Assembly: GCA_964016885.1 (NCBI GenBank)
Contig: OZ024745.1
Location: 40,486,001 to 40,550,000, forward strand
DNA length: 64,000 bases
Direction of reading: 5' to 3'
DNA from: Eledone cirrhosa
Taxonomy: Eukaryota
The notes below the pieces were generated by a model. It was not told where the DNA came from. It saw only the letters and a program-made list of their open reading frames with translations, and did no database searches. Positions within the stretch are counted from its first letter, which is position 1. Each line of letters starts with the position of its first letter. The translations under genes were made by a program, and so were the position numbers. Shown piece by piece: positions 41,139 to 55,096 of this stretch.

Positions 41139-41328
41139 GGCGGAGGATTGGCAGTATCGATAGAGGATCTGACGCCATGCTTTGCAGCAAAGAGTTACGG
41201 CCCTTTATGATCTGAGTTCAAATCCCGCCAAGGTTAATTTGCCTTTCATCATTGCGGGGTCGATACAATAAAGTACCAGTAATGCCCTGGTAATTGCTGG
41301 CCTTGTGCCAAAAGTAGAAACAATTATT
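41139..41328 (+). mobile_element. OK/OR-like SINE (left member of an inverted pair)
   Basis: Full match to the window consensus, with A- and B-box-like head. Confidence 0.88.
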
Positions 41329-41349
41329 TCATCAAAAATCAGTTATTAT

Positions 41350-41530
41350 TAATTGTTTCTACTTTTGGCACAAGGCCAGCAATTCTCCCATTGCATTACT
41401 GGTACTTTATTTTATCGACCCTGTAAGGATGAGAGGCAAAGTTAACCTCGGCGAGATTTAAACTCAGAATGTAAAGGGTCATAACTGTATGCTGTAAAGC
41501 ATTGTGTCTTATGCTCCACTGATGCTGCAA
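41350..41530 (-). mobile_element. OK/OR-like SINE (right member of an inverted pair)
   Basis: Reverse-complement match to the window consensus. Confidence 0.88.
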
Positions 41531-42837
41531 GTTATTATTAATGTTAATTTAACAGAATTACGAACATTATTTTTAGACCAAATACATTGTAGAAATTTAA
41601 ACAGTCACAATTCACGTCTATATGTAACTACTGTATATTTATTCAAAATGTATATATACAGTTTTTCTTACTTTCAATTCAGTAGTTTACGATATCTCAC
41701 TTATGTAGGTCTTTCTTCTAAGAGCTGGCAAGCAATCAGACGCCCTATACCTACAAGAATCTGAAAGACAAATGTTCAAATACATGTCTCCGAAGGCTAA
41801 ACTTATATCCGGTTTTGTAGTAAAGCAGTGTCATAAATCGCATCCATTTTATTTGCCGATCGTGACTGACTTTTCAGTTCAATTGCTTGGAACATATGAA
41901 TTACGATCAATACTATCACTTTTCAGTTTTCTTTGATCTTACGACATACCGTAATATTTGATAGCATTTGAAGTCCGCCTGAAACCAGACCCTGACAACT
42001 CCTTTACAACAACTGAAGATTTAGAAAAAGAACATCTAATTGGCAGATTCTATTTTAGTTCATTACTGAAAACTGGATATATGCTCTTAGACTCGAACTA
42101 AAACTTAAAATGCCGTTAGACCACAACCATCTACTAATCCAACGTTAGCCTACGCTACATATAATAAACTTGTAATTTTATTTCATTTCATATATTATTT
42201 CACTTTATAGGTAGAAAATCAGAAACACAAAATAGAGTCCCAGTTACTGTAACGCTGGTGATTGATGAAGTTTCTTTTTCCATCCGCAGGACTTGGATTT
42301 ATCGTTCAAATATATATTCTTGAACAGCTTATGATGTAATTATGAATATGCATCGACTAATCTATAATACATGTACTTCTCTTGTGAAGTGTTAAATCAA
42401 CATAATTGTTGATTTAACACTTCACTGCTCGCAAGTGTTTTTTAAGCTTCATATCATGTCTCCCTATTTTATCTGATCAGAACGCAAATATCATCCCATG
42501 ATGATATTTGTTTATGAAATGCGCATAATAAAATACATGGAACTCATTTAACCATCTGTTGATCTTATATTATATATATATATATATATATTATAGCTAT
42601 ATTATAGCTATATACACATACATACACACACAGACACACACACATACACACATATATATTTATATTATTGTATTTTTCATTTATTCCCCTTATTCTCGTC
42701 TATCTTTCCATTTCTTTTTGTAATTCTTTATCAATCTCCCGAGGAAAAGAATTACACCCACTACCACTATCGTTAAAGTAATTATTGTAATAAATTGTTC
42801 CTCTGCCGTTTTTCCTTTCTCCTCCTTGATCTTTCGC

Positions 42838-42886
<49 letters not shown>

Positions 42887-42932
42887 AGATGGTGTGGGAC
42901 AGAACAAAGGAAAGACACAAAGTAAAAACACA

Positions 42933-42975
42933 GTCTCTGAGGATGTCACAGGATGCGTGACGAAATGGCTTTGAC
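42933..42975 (+). ncRNA. Degenerate type I hammerhead motif in a short PLE-like fragment
   Basis: gtct CTGAGGA t gtcac-aggatgc-gtgac GAAA tggc TT tgac; stems I and III imperfect. Confidence 0.45.
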
Positions 42976-44626
42976 AATATATAAACAGTCATCCGGTTAT
43001 CAAACCAATCAACCGTAAATTTATAATATATTGAAGTGAAAACTAACAGGTGTGTGTGTTTTATGTTATCTATTTATTTTTTTATTGGCAACATGACGCT
43101 CCCAAAGTATAACAATATTTATATATATATATATATATTCTGTGTAGGACTAACTAGGCGAAATCCAAAATAATGGTGTGTATAAGGGCGTACTACTGTC
43201 CAACACGTGTATCGGGATTTCTAAACATCAGTAAAACAAGCATGAAATAAAGCAGATATGCACTTTTGCCTATAGAACATAACTTTCCTGGGGCGGGCAT
43301 ATTTGGAACTGACAATGAGAAGCGGCAAAGGCGAGTTGCCTGTGCGCTAAGCCTGTTGATTTGGCTAAACAGAACATTTCATTTTGGGGAGACAGTCTGT
43401 CTAGAGAGGTTATTCTGTGTTTAAAACTGGGGTAGATGAATTCCTTAGTAATGACAAACCATGCATGGTGTCAGGATGCCCAGTAAGTTTACTTAGAGTG
43501 AAGGGCCCTGTGTTGTTTTCTCAGCATTCTTTCAACACAATGTATCTCAAAAGCGAAATTAGCGATTTACGTGTTAACTGTTCATCTTGCTTAGGCTTGG
43601 AAATTTGCGCACCTGCTGTACAAGCGTTAGGCATTATAATGTACAGATGTCACTTTTGTAATCCTCGAATCTGTTATTCCATCTCTCCAGCAATGCAAGC
43701 AGAGACTCTGCATTAGCACAATTGCTGCAGCTATTAGGGTTACCTATAAATTTGTGTGAAATTATACAGGAAAATACATTATACATTTTGTTATGTTTTT
43801 AACGGAAGAAGGGGGAATCATCTTGAATAAGGAAAGACGATAGAGTGAAAGAATATATTGAATTTCCTAAATTGAAATGAAGGGAACAGATAGTACAATA
43901 AGGAGGGGGAGGACTGAGCGTTTTCCTAGAAAAGGGGAATAAAGTAATAACAAATTTGTCATTAAAAGTGGAAACTCTTGCAATGGTAAGACGGCAATAG
44001 TTGGTAAAAAAAAGCGTTGTTTTTAAATATGTGACATATATTACAAACACATACGGACGAAATCAAAAACACAACCCTTCACATAGAAAAGCAAATCCAT
44101 GGTTTCTTTAAATTTTGTCGTGCATTTTTATAAGATTCTGTCAACTGAGGCTCACTTAAAGTAATAAATACTACGACAAAATATTAGTGGGGAATTGAGA
44201 TTATTGTTTACCATTGATAAATCTAGGAAATAGAATATACATACTTAACTTTGCATACAAGGAAATTGACATATTAGCGCATACCTCTGTCCTACAACTT
44301 CTCTACTGACAACAAAATCATTTATGAACGGGTGGTTCTCCTTGTTGAATATAATTTTTCATTAATGTCCTGTAATTTCTACCTCTAGAAATCATTTATT
44401 TCGTCACGTGTAACGTTCTTCAGATCCTCCTTTGCATTCCACTTTATAGAACTGTATTCAATAGTCTACATTCGACAGAAAACTCATAAATGGAACTGGG
44501 TAGACGGCAGGATTTAGAACATATCTCGGATACAATTAATCTGAAGGCCTCTGAGTATTGCATGAGGAGAACACTTGTTTGCGAAGTAGTTAACGACGCT
44601 TCCCGTCACTATATTAAGTGGAAGGT

Positions 44627-44807
44627 CGGTGGATTGCCAGTATCGGTAGAGCGTCAGACACCAAGCTTTGAAGAATATAGTTATGGTTATTTAGGTTCTG
44701 AGTTCAAATCCCGCCGAGGTTAACTTTGCCTTACGGGGTCGATAACATAAAGCACCAGTAATGCATTCGGGTAATTGCTGGCCTTGTGCCCAAAGTAGAA
44801 ACAATTA
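44627..44807 (+). mobile_element. OK/OR-like SINE with ~15-bp TSD
   Basis: Consensus match; tattaagtg(g/a)aaggt on both sides. Confidence 0.85.
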
Positions 44808-47800
44808 TATTAAGTGAAAGGTGTCTGCAGTTTACCGTATTTAAGGGGACTTTATTTATGATAATATAACGCATTTTAAACAGGACACTATTTAATAAAA
44901 CCAACGCTGTGTAATTTTGATAAATTGTTTGATTTTTTTACTATCTTTGTCGAAATTCTATCGTGCTACACTTAATACCTCCCCGCCTCGGAGTTGAGGA
45001 CAAAATACCAGTTATATGAAGCAATCGATAAAATGAAACGTATATTTCCTTTTGACAAGTATTGTATACTGTGAGAGCTATTCTATATTTGGTAGAATAA
45101 TTGATAATTGATGTATTGTAAACCAAGAGTAGAAATAATGTAACGTAATTAATAGAAATGCTAATTCTTGATCATTAGATAGACATCTAATAAGGGCATT
45201 GCAAATATGTTTTTATATTGAAATTGCTCTATTAGTAACGATAATTGAAACAAAGTTGCTTTTGCCTATGATAAAAATATTTGCTTTATATAAATAGATG
45301 AAATTAAATATATCATCAATATATACCGCACTGCGAGCGTATTCGAAATAAAGTTATGTGAGATGTATTCACCTGAAACATTTTAATCAACTATAGCTTA
45401 TGTTAAACATACTTTATTAGTTTCCTATTGTTAATTTAACTTTGAATATATTATCGTGCGTGTAATATCTGGTTATTATATTTCATTATTTACTAATTAT
45501 TTATTTCATAATTTAATCAATAGACAGAACAAAGGCGGCTATAGAAGGGAGAATAATCCAGTTGATTATAGGAGTGTTTAATTCCATTTTTATTTTACAA
45601 TTACAATCTATAAGGAATATTGGATGATACACTGTATTAATGAACACAACTAATTTAATTATTATAATTTTAATTCCTAGATCCAATCTAGATTGGGATT
45701 ATTTCCGGTAGTTAATAAGATTGCAGTATTGTTAAATACAATTAGTTTTATCCATGTATTAATGATATATTAATAAAGCTGCCATTCGTAACACTCCAGT
45801 TTAATAGTAGAACACAAGAGCTGGCGTTAAACAATGTGTTCAAATCCTCGTACATATGCATGAAATGTATTATCCAAGAGTTCACTTTTTTCATTCTTCA
45901 TCGGGCAAACATATTAACTAAATCCTTCCCACCATTCAACTTACATCGTATCAGATTGCCCTATCACCGAATGTACTAACGGAACCTTATCTGACACACA
46001 CACAATCAACTCTAAGTGTGCCCCTTTGTGCGGTTTTGTTCCTCGCATTCGTCCTATAGTTCATCATCGAGCGTCTGGTCTGTCCCCATCACAACCAACA
46101 GCAAGAACAACAATTGCTACACAGATGACACCCCATTGCATTACTTTCTAATCGTTTATACTTAGGCACTGACACATATAAACAAGCACCTCAAAAATAT
46201 TCTAGAAGAGACCTATGAGTGTCGTGTGTCCTTAAGTCGCAAAAACTGCAATCGCTGCTTCTATCAATAGAACATTATTGCATCTTGCCGCCATAAGCAT
46301 ACGTATATCCAGCATGAAAACAAAGCCCTCAACATTGATACAAATAATCGATCTCACTCTCAATGAGCATATGTTTTATTGAAATATCATGTTTTATCAT
46401 AGAAAGACCGTGTATTTCTCTTCAGAATCGTAATATAAGCACAAAATATAAGCACACAAGAACCTCTGCAAAATTAAAGTGATGACCAAAATGTAGCACT
46501 GCTTTTACACCTGGTATCGTGATGATGTTAACCACATTCCTGAGTGCATCTAGATGAACATGACTTGTGTGATTGCCATGATATCACCCACACATGTACT
46601 CCATCCTCTTACAGACACATGTGCCCTTCTCATGCTTATGATACCTTAACATAATCAACGCACACGTCTCTGCTCTCATCACAAATGCTGTGTCAATACG
46701 ATTTCACCTAGAGTTAAAAGTGAAGGACATCCAGTTTTACGGTCATAAAGAGGCTGTTACAGCTATGGCAAAGTCAGATCTTTCTTCAAACTAATTAAAG
46801 GAAAAAATATTATGAAATCCCGATTGCTATTTTCAGCAAGTCAATGGTTATGGACTTTTCAGAACATTATTTTATATGATTGATAAATAAATTATTTTGA
46901 ATTTTGTGTTGAAACATCGAATGCCGACATTTCAAATTTGGAAAGCTAAACCTTTTTGACACTTATCTCCTTTGAAATAAAACACGGGAGACAATATCAT
47001 AGACTATTAAACTTGAAACACAGATTTAAAACACCCCATTATAAACCAGTATAAGCTGTTCTTCTTTATCCTAAAACCAACTTTAACGGGTAGACTTACG
47101 ATGAAGACTGTTGCAGTTGTGAACATCCCAACCACTTTATTTAATATATATTTTCCCTTTTCTAAGATTCCAATGAGTATTTAAGAGAGGTAGGTAACTA
47201 CTTTTTGTGGCAGCTGGATGGACGCTATTGATGACACTATATTGATCAAGTTCATTCAGCCTGGTGACGCATGTGAGCAGTCTAACTTAACAAAGCACCA
47301 CATGCAGCATGTATTCATCACAAACTGAAATTCATATAGATCGATGTGATATCTATTCATCTCAGAAATAGATGAACTAATTAATATAACAGAGTTAATT
47401 GCTTTTCCTGGAGGACAGTCAAATCAAGCGGATGTGTACTATTTCTTAACATGGAGGTGGCTAGACCTGACACTTTATCCAATCAGCTACTTAGAACCTA
47501 AGGTGATTTACTGGACAAATTATCCAGATTCATATCTCACCCATTTGTAATCGAAGATAAATTCCGCTGAAGTTATCTCTCAAAAAATAAAAAAAAAACG
47601 GAGCCAATCTTCAGATCAAAGGCAATTATATATAATTAAACCTAAGCATTTTTGATAACATTCGTCAATCTCAAAGTTTGTCAAGAAATGTTGGAATTTG
47701 AACTCAGAACCGATTAAACCGTATCAGATATCGCAAACTATCTTGTCCGATTCTTTAGCAATTCCAACAATCTAGCGCTCCTGGATTGATATTTTGTTTA

Positions 47801-49698
47801 CCAACTCCGTTACGATTAAATTGACCTATGTCGAATATCTCAGAAATAAGCGAGCCTCAACAAATACTGAGACATTTCCACCGTCACTCGAAGTATTTGT
47901 AATACGACAAGTAGGAGATTTCATCCCTTTACAAGCAAATATTAAATGGATGCTAGTTATTTTGGAGGACTTTCTCAGCAAGAGATATACTAATATTGCG
48001 CTGAATAAATATGGATATTAATATTAATTATTTTCCCTTAGAACAAGGTAAGATTATACTTAATAGTTTTTGAAAAAGATCATTGCGTACGTTCATGCTA
48101 ATTCCCATGACAAAGAATGCATATCATATCAACTAATGATATGATATCATGAAATAACGCAAATTAGAAGGTGAAATATTAGGTACTTGCTTTATGAAAT
48201 GCTATATTTTACAGATGAAACGCGTATTAACTTTAAAATATACATTGTTTTAGTTAGTACTATATACATTGAGGAATTACGGTAATTAAATAGCTACGAT
48301 TTATACTAAGCTGGTTAGGGCTGATTGTACCTCAGCTGCAACACGTGGGAATATGCACTTAAATATATATTGTTATCACATTCCTTGTTTTTATAAATTA
48401 TCTGTGTATTATATACAATTGTAATAGAGAAACAAGTTGGTATCTCTGAATTCTACTATCATATATGTGCCCTTTGGATATATCATGATTTCGAACTTGT
48501 ACTAGACATACGTAATTGGTTGTTGGAGCTTTCCATCTGTATTCAAACGCTAAATTATTTAAACCTAATGAAAAATTCCATTAATGTTATATGGCGCCTG
48601 ATGTTATCCCACAATTCTGTAGATATATTTTGTGACTCTATTGACCATGACATCACATTTTATTGTTTTCATATTATTGTTACAGACATGAGTTAATGAA
48701 ACACAAATTTGGTATTTGGATACTAATATAGAATTTCTCTTTCCATTCTTATCTTTTACACACATCTAATCACATTTCTCTCAATTTTAATCTCTAATTT
48801 TCTCTCGTAGAGCTAGCCTAGGAACTAACACAAGTAATGATTTGTGTAATAAATTCTAAATTTTTATCTCTCAAGCAACCAAAGACGAATCGCTAGAAAC
48901 AATTCAAGATGGAAATCTCGAACACATCAATTAAGGAACAATGTTAATAAAATGCTGTCTCCTGACGAAGTCGTAAATTTGACTCTTCAATCTATCAGTG
49001 TCTCAAGATAAGATAACAAGGTTAGTAAAATATACAGTCAGAAAGTCAATAAAACAATATATAAATAAGAAGGAATCTTACAGTCAAATACTGTGAAGCA
49101 GAAAATTGAAAAAGAAGACATCCAACACAACAATCATCTAAAAACAGGAAACGTATCACTTTCCTGGACTATATGTGTAATATCAATCAACCTACGTATT
49201 GATATAACTTTATAGGTTCATGAGTGTGTTTAATTCGAGAAAAGAATACTTATCTATACGTGTTTGTTGTTAGTTTTTATATCGAAACTCATGATAGGAG
49301 ACACTTCATTCACAGTGATGCAACTGTTTCGTAGTATATCATAAACTCTGGGACATACGACTACCTGAAGCAAGTATAATTATCTCGGTAATAAATTACG
49401 TGCAAATAAATTCGATCTATCATAGTGTAGGCCAGAAACATTAGAGTAAACTATAAATAAAGAAGATAAGAGTCAAACCAAAGATGTGAAGAAGATTTGT
49501 AAAAGTTTGCTCTAATAGTTTAGAGAAATGAGACAAAGTTTAACCTAGCGTCCAGACAGATAAGAGGAAAATTTATTTTGTTTCATTATTCAACCGACGT
49601 AATGGCGATATTTGACTTTACAGACACCAGAGTTTACTTAGCCAACTGGACACAGCAACTAATTCCCAAGTGATGCCTCATACACATAAATAGATAGT

Positions 49699-49700
<2 letters not shown>

Positions 49701-49774
<74 letters not shown>

Positions 49775-49788
49775 ATATATATATATAT
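49701..49788. repeat. (TC)n(TA)n microsatellite
   Basis: Direct repeat count. Confidence 0.95.
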
Positions 49789-50350
49789 GGGTGCATGTGA
49801 GAAAGACACAAACTATTTGCACTGAATCCCATAGGTACAACCAATATCACTTTTGTCATTAATGGTGACGAGTTACTTTAAAGATGTGCTAGTTTGCCAG
49901 CTTGTCAAATAATTGTTATATCAGCAACATAGCAAAGAGAAGAATGACCAATAATAATAGTTTCTACTATTTGCACAAACCCATGAATTTAAAGAAAGTC
50001 GAGTAAGTCAGCCCCAGTGAAATTCTGGTTCGTGATTTTATTGACACCGTAAGGTTGAAAAACAAAGATAACTACGGAGAGATTTGAACTCATGGCGCAA
50101 TGAACTGGCCCATCACCAAATTGTATTTCGTCCAACATTCTCGTTCTCTTATATATATATATATAAGCAAAGAGATATTTAATATTTTGATTATTCAACA
50201 AATTTATTTATAACTGATTCGAAGAACGCTACAGGTTTTCTGGAGTATAATATCAATGATATTAATAAATGGGAACTACATTTATAAAACCATATTTATT
50301 ATTTTATATTTATTTCAACATTTTGGTACGCCCACTCTCTCTCTCTCTCT

Positions 50351-52155
50351 CTAATAAACCCGGCACGCACAGATATGGGTCTAGTCAGTAAGGCCATACT
50401 TAGAAACATAGTTAAGACCATTAGGACCAAGTCCAACCTGCCCCAGTGGGAGAACAACGACTCCGTAATTAAGTGGTTTAACTCCTTAAAATCCAAAAAA
50501 GCGAAGTTCACACAGTTTGACATTGTCGATTTTTACCCGTCGATCTCCGAGACCCTGTTAAATAAAGCGTTGGACTTTGCTACCACTTATACCACCGTCG
50601 ATGGTTAAGATAGGGAAATCATCGCTCACCGCCGGAAAACCCCCCTCTTCAACGACAGAGTAGCCTGGGCAAAGAAGTCTACAACTTCAGACCTATTCGA
50701 CGTCTCCATGGGATCGTTTGACAGTGCTGACGTATGTGACTTGGTTGGCCTATTTATCTGAAACATATTACGTGTTAGATTCCCGGACTTCCACACGGGA
50801 ATATACCGCGAAGATGCACTAACTTTATCGAGCCATAAAAGTGGTCACAACATCGACCTGTTTAAAAAAGACTTAGTTTCTACCTTCAATGAGTGAGGAC
50901 TTAGGATAACAGTAGCCACCAACCTCTCTAGCGTAGATTTCTTAGACATTAATTTATACCTTCGCACACACACCCACAGACCCTTCCATAATCTAAACAA
51001 TAAATTCAATAAACATTCACAAGGACTCATGCCACCCTCCCACTGTTTTTAGAAACTTCGTTAAGAATATCAGTACTAGAATCTCAAACCTCTCCTCTAA
51101 TAAGGCTATCTTTGACATGGTGGCACCCTACTACAACACGGCGTTGGCTAACAGCGGCTTCTCACAACCTATCACTTATTCTACCACTAGCAACAACACC
51201 ATTAAGAAAAGTAAGCGCAATATAGACAAAATATCTAGTCTCTCCGCCCTTCTCACTCAAAGTTAAAACCAATGTTTGAAAACAATTCCTAGCCCTCTAA
51301 GATAGACACTTTCCCATAGGTCATAAATACCGCTCCATCTTTAACCGACACAAAGTTAAACTATGATACTCCTGCGCTAAGAACATGAAGGCCCACATCA
51401 CCAGCAGCTCTAGGAGCAACACCTCACCAGAGTGCCCTTGCCGTAAGCGTGAAGCTTGCCCCCTTCAACAGCAATGCAACACGCCATCTGTAATTTATGA
51501 AGCTGTGGTAAATTCAAATCGACCAAACGAACCACAGGAGGTCAAATCATATGTGGACATGGCGGAGGGCCGATTTAAGGAACGTTTCCTGAACCACCAG
51601 CCTACCTTCAGGCACCCGGACAAACGTTCATCCACGAAACTCGCGAGCCACGTATAGTCACTCAAGCACTCAAGTATAGACTACTCCATTCAATGGAAAG
51701 CCATCACTAAGTCCAAGCCATACGCAGGGGGAAATCCTACGTGTGGCTTATGTATTGACGAACGAATAACTATTCTAAAGAGATTACGCTATAGTGATTG
51801 CCTAAACTAGAGAAATGAATTTTTCACGAGTTGTCCACCCGTCGCCAAACACCTATTGCATAACTACAAGGCTCCGGACTGATTCTTTGTCATTTTATTG
51901 TCAACCTAAATATTTTCGGACTTCGCACGCAATCTAGTATTGCCTGTGTAAGGTGACCGGGTTTCTGCGCATGCGCGTTCGTACGGTTGTCCTTCCTGTT
52001 CCTATAACCATGCCCATTCCGAGCTGAGTAACCGCTAAGGTGAGACAATTGTTCTCGGTATGGTGAACTAACTGTTGTGTAACCACTTCTACCTAACTCG
52101 TCCCATGGACTGAGTGTTCTACCACTACCCATATTACCTTCCAGTGTTCCACCAC
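50351..52155 (+). mobile_element. 5'-truncated, inactivated Penelope-like element (RT + GIY-YIG + pLTR), probably Naiad-type
   Basis: LINPARTDMG..SK..QW..VIKWF..FDIVDFYPSI, MGSFDSADVCDLVG, GIYRED, DFLD; CPC..CPL..C, VIY/YVD (GIY-YIG), CGLCIDE, LN.R.E..C; many stops and frameshifts; ends ccaccac|(TA)n. Confidence 0.88.
52019..52058 (+). ncRNA. Mutated type I hammerhead in the PLE pLTR
   Basis: ccgag CTGAGTA acc-gctaa-ggt GAGA caattg TT ctcgg; core substitutions relative to the copy at 58685. Confidence 0.7.
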
Positions 52156-52216
52156 TATATATATATATATATCACAGAAAAAAGAGAATTAGTGTTGCGA
52201 CGAAAATAATTTATTG

Positions 52217-52311
52217 GACATATTACAATTGTTTCTCAGGCGACCAACTCGAGGCACGATCGATATGGTGATCAAACCTGATTTTGAAATCGCGCGGTCC
52301 TCGGATACGTC
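52217..52311 (-). ncRNA. Hammerhead-like motif with enlarged stem II region, followed by AATAAA
   Basis: Minus strand: gacgtat CCGAGGA ..62 nt.. GAAA caattg TA atatgtc caataaa. Confidence 0.45.
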
Positions 52312-52314
52312 TCG

Positions 52315-52552
<238 letters not shown>

Positions 52553-52699
52553 CAATGCAATATAGACAAAGAACAAGTTCCTTATTTTAAAAAGTTCATA
52601 ATTTTATGATCGTTTCTATATGTATTTTTGTGTTGGTATGTATATCATATAGATCTATGCAAAAATATTACAAATTATCAGAGGAAATATACATACCTT

Positions 52700-54366
52700 C
52701 AGAAATATATATATTATATATAAGGGTTAAAATACTGGAGTGTGTTAGAGTTAAACACCCTCTTCGTATTATAGAAATGACAGTAAAAGGTATAGCTCAA
52801 TGTAGTTAAACAGAGCCGAAAAATAAGAGAGTAAAAGAAAGAAGCCTTCAATACATCAAAAGTCTTTATTAGCCGACAATGTTTCTCCCTATTAAGGACT
52901 CATCAAGGCAATTAAAACAACAAGAAGTAATATCGGCAGATACAAGCCGGAAGCTCCGAAGAATATGGAGTGTACATACACTGAAGTATTACAAAAATAT
53001 ATAATAAAAATATATGATAAAAATTACTAAGGATGTATATAACACTAAGAACCATATTACAAATATAGTCCAAAGCAAAAACTAGAGCTAAACAAAGGTG
53101 GTTATATAGAGCAGGAATTATATATAATACAATATCATATACTATAATATACCTTTACCAACATTAAAATTACAATAAAAATCAAAAGATACAATATGCA
53201 TATGCATATATGTGCGCACACGTACACACACATATACACATACAACAATACACACATCCATCCTCAACTGCACAAATTAAACCTTATTAAGAATTTGAAT
53301 ATAAAAATAAGCATGATAGGAATGAAAATAATAATAATAATAATAATAATACATCTACATGAGGTAATAATATGATATAATTATAAGTAGTACATAGGTA
53401 ATAATATGATATAATTATAAGTAGCACATATAATAATAAATAATACAATTATATACTATATAATACAATATAATAGAATATATAATCTCCGGTTAATTTA
53501 CACAAACAATATAGATGTCACAATAATAATATAATAATAATATTTACAATATACAATATACTAACATTCTAAATGTACTCGAGTTAACAAGTCAATCCAT
53601 ACTGGGTTACAGAGTAGGTGAGGAAAAATAAAATGTACAATACCTCAAAAAAATGTTGATGATACAGAAGTATGAACATCTTACAAGATATATAAGGTTT
53701 AACATATCATAATGTTACATATAATTAACGGTAAGTAATAAGGATCAATATTACAATAAAAAATACAATATAATATAATATATTATATAAAATAAAATTA
53801 ATACAATATAATATATAATTACTTATAATTACAAGGTTGGTAGACAGACATGTACATGGATGAGTGAGTAAGTGCCAGACAGTAAATATAATGCACAGTA
53901 GTATTACAAATAAAATATAATATATAAAAAATATAAAATATAGAATCAACCGGAAATTAAAAAACAAAAACAAACGTATACATTTAGGTCTCACATGCAG
54001 TTAAGTAGTTAAGTAAAAGCTAAGGAAACAACCCCTGTAAATGACTCGAAAACCCTATTTGATAATTTAATATTAAAGTATTGTTGTATGTGTATATGTG
54101 TGTGTACGTGTGCGCACATATATGCATACGCATATTGTATCTTTTGATTTTTATTGTAATTTTAATGTTGGTAAAGGTATATTATAGTATATTATATTGT
54201 ATTATATATAATTCCTGCTCTATATAACCACCTTTGTTTAGCTCTAGTTTTTGCTTTGGACTATATTTGTAATATGGTTCTTAGTGTTATATACATCCTT
54301 AGTAATTTTTATCATATATTTTTATTATATATTTTTAATACTTCAGTGTATGTACACTCCATATTC
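52700..54366 (-). mobile_element. PLE-like non-coding remnant with ~290-bp inverted arms
   Basis: 52961-53250 is the near-perfect reverse complement of 54078-54366; minus strand has a hammerhead remnant plus AATAAA at 52865-52909; no ORF recognised; left boundary approximate. Confidence 0.6.
52872..52909 (-). ncRNA. Degenerate minimal type I hammerhead
   Basis: gcc TTGATGA gtcc-ttaata-ggga GAAA cattg TC ggc, then taataaa. Confidence 0.6.
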
Positions 54367-54583
54367 AGTCATACGAAAGTGAGTTACAAACGAAACGAAA
54401 TTTAATTTCGTTTCGTTATTTGTTTTTATCGTCTCCGCTGAACCGGTGCGTACTCACACTCTATGCAAATTAGTCTGCCCACTACTAATTTTCATAGAAA
54501 AAGCATATAACGATAATTTTCATAGAAAAAGCATATAACGATATGAGCTTTTACAATTCTCCAGAAAGGCCGGTAGATAGATA

Positions 54584-54628
54584 AATATTGCTGATGAGTT
54601 GTAACAACAACGAAACTAGTTCAATGTT
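54584..54628 (+). ncRNA. Type I hammerhead ribozyme, copy 1 (predicted cleavage after 54621)
   Basis: aatattg CTGATGA gttgt-aaca-acaac GAAA ctag TT caatgtt: complete core, paired stems I and II, palindromic minimal stem III. Confidence 0.92.
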
Positions 54629-54958
54629 CCTTGTCTGGCTTTCTGAAGAATAGTGGGAAGGTGTTCCCCCGAAAAACCAGTATGACTCTAAAAACCGGTT
54701 TGTCTGTGTGTTTACATACAGAATAGCTGGGCCGCTCACTGTAAAGCGACCAGTGAAAGACTTGGTACACCTACATATGTATACGTGTGTGTATTCATAT
54801 ACACACTAGTATTTCAGTATGCATATGTAGATGTACATTTTTAACTTAATTGTTTAAGCGTCAGTCATACAAAAGTGAGTTACAAACGAAACGAAATTTA
54901 ATTTCGTTTCGTTATTTGTTTTTATCGTCTCCGCTGAACCGGTGCGTACTCACACTCT

Positions 54959-54966
54959 ATGCAAAT
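54959..54966 (+). promoter_or_regulatory. Octamer ATGCAAAT in each repeat unit (also 54463-54470 and 55427-55434)
   Basis: Exact octamer motif; function inferred only. Confidence 0.35.
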
Positions 54967-55051
54967 TAGTCTGCCCACTACTAATTTTCATAGAAAAAGC
55001 ATATAATGATATGTGCTTTTACAATTCTCCAGAAAGGCCGGTAGATAGGTA

Positions 55052-55096
55052 AATATTGCTGATGAGTTGTAACAACAACGAAACTAGTTCAATGTT
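55052..55096 (+). ncRNA. Type I hammerhead ribozyme, copy 2 (predicted cleavage after 55089)
   Basis: Identical core to copy 1, 468 nt downstream. Confidence 0.92.

Noticed and set aside
41139-41240. tRNA genes at SINE heads
   Set aside because: A/B boxes are present but there is no cloverleaf, and they continue into SINE bodies.
48960-48990. CTGACGA followed by an agtc/gact stem
   Set aside because: No GAAA box follows.
50894-50896. In-frame TGA in the PLE RT as selenocysteine (some Naiad elements encode Sec)
   Set aside because: The copy has many TAA/TAG stops and frameshifts, the conserved endonuclease Cys codons are TGC/TGT, and I saw no SECIS; a family consensus would be needed.
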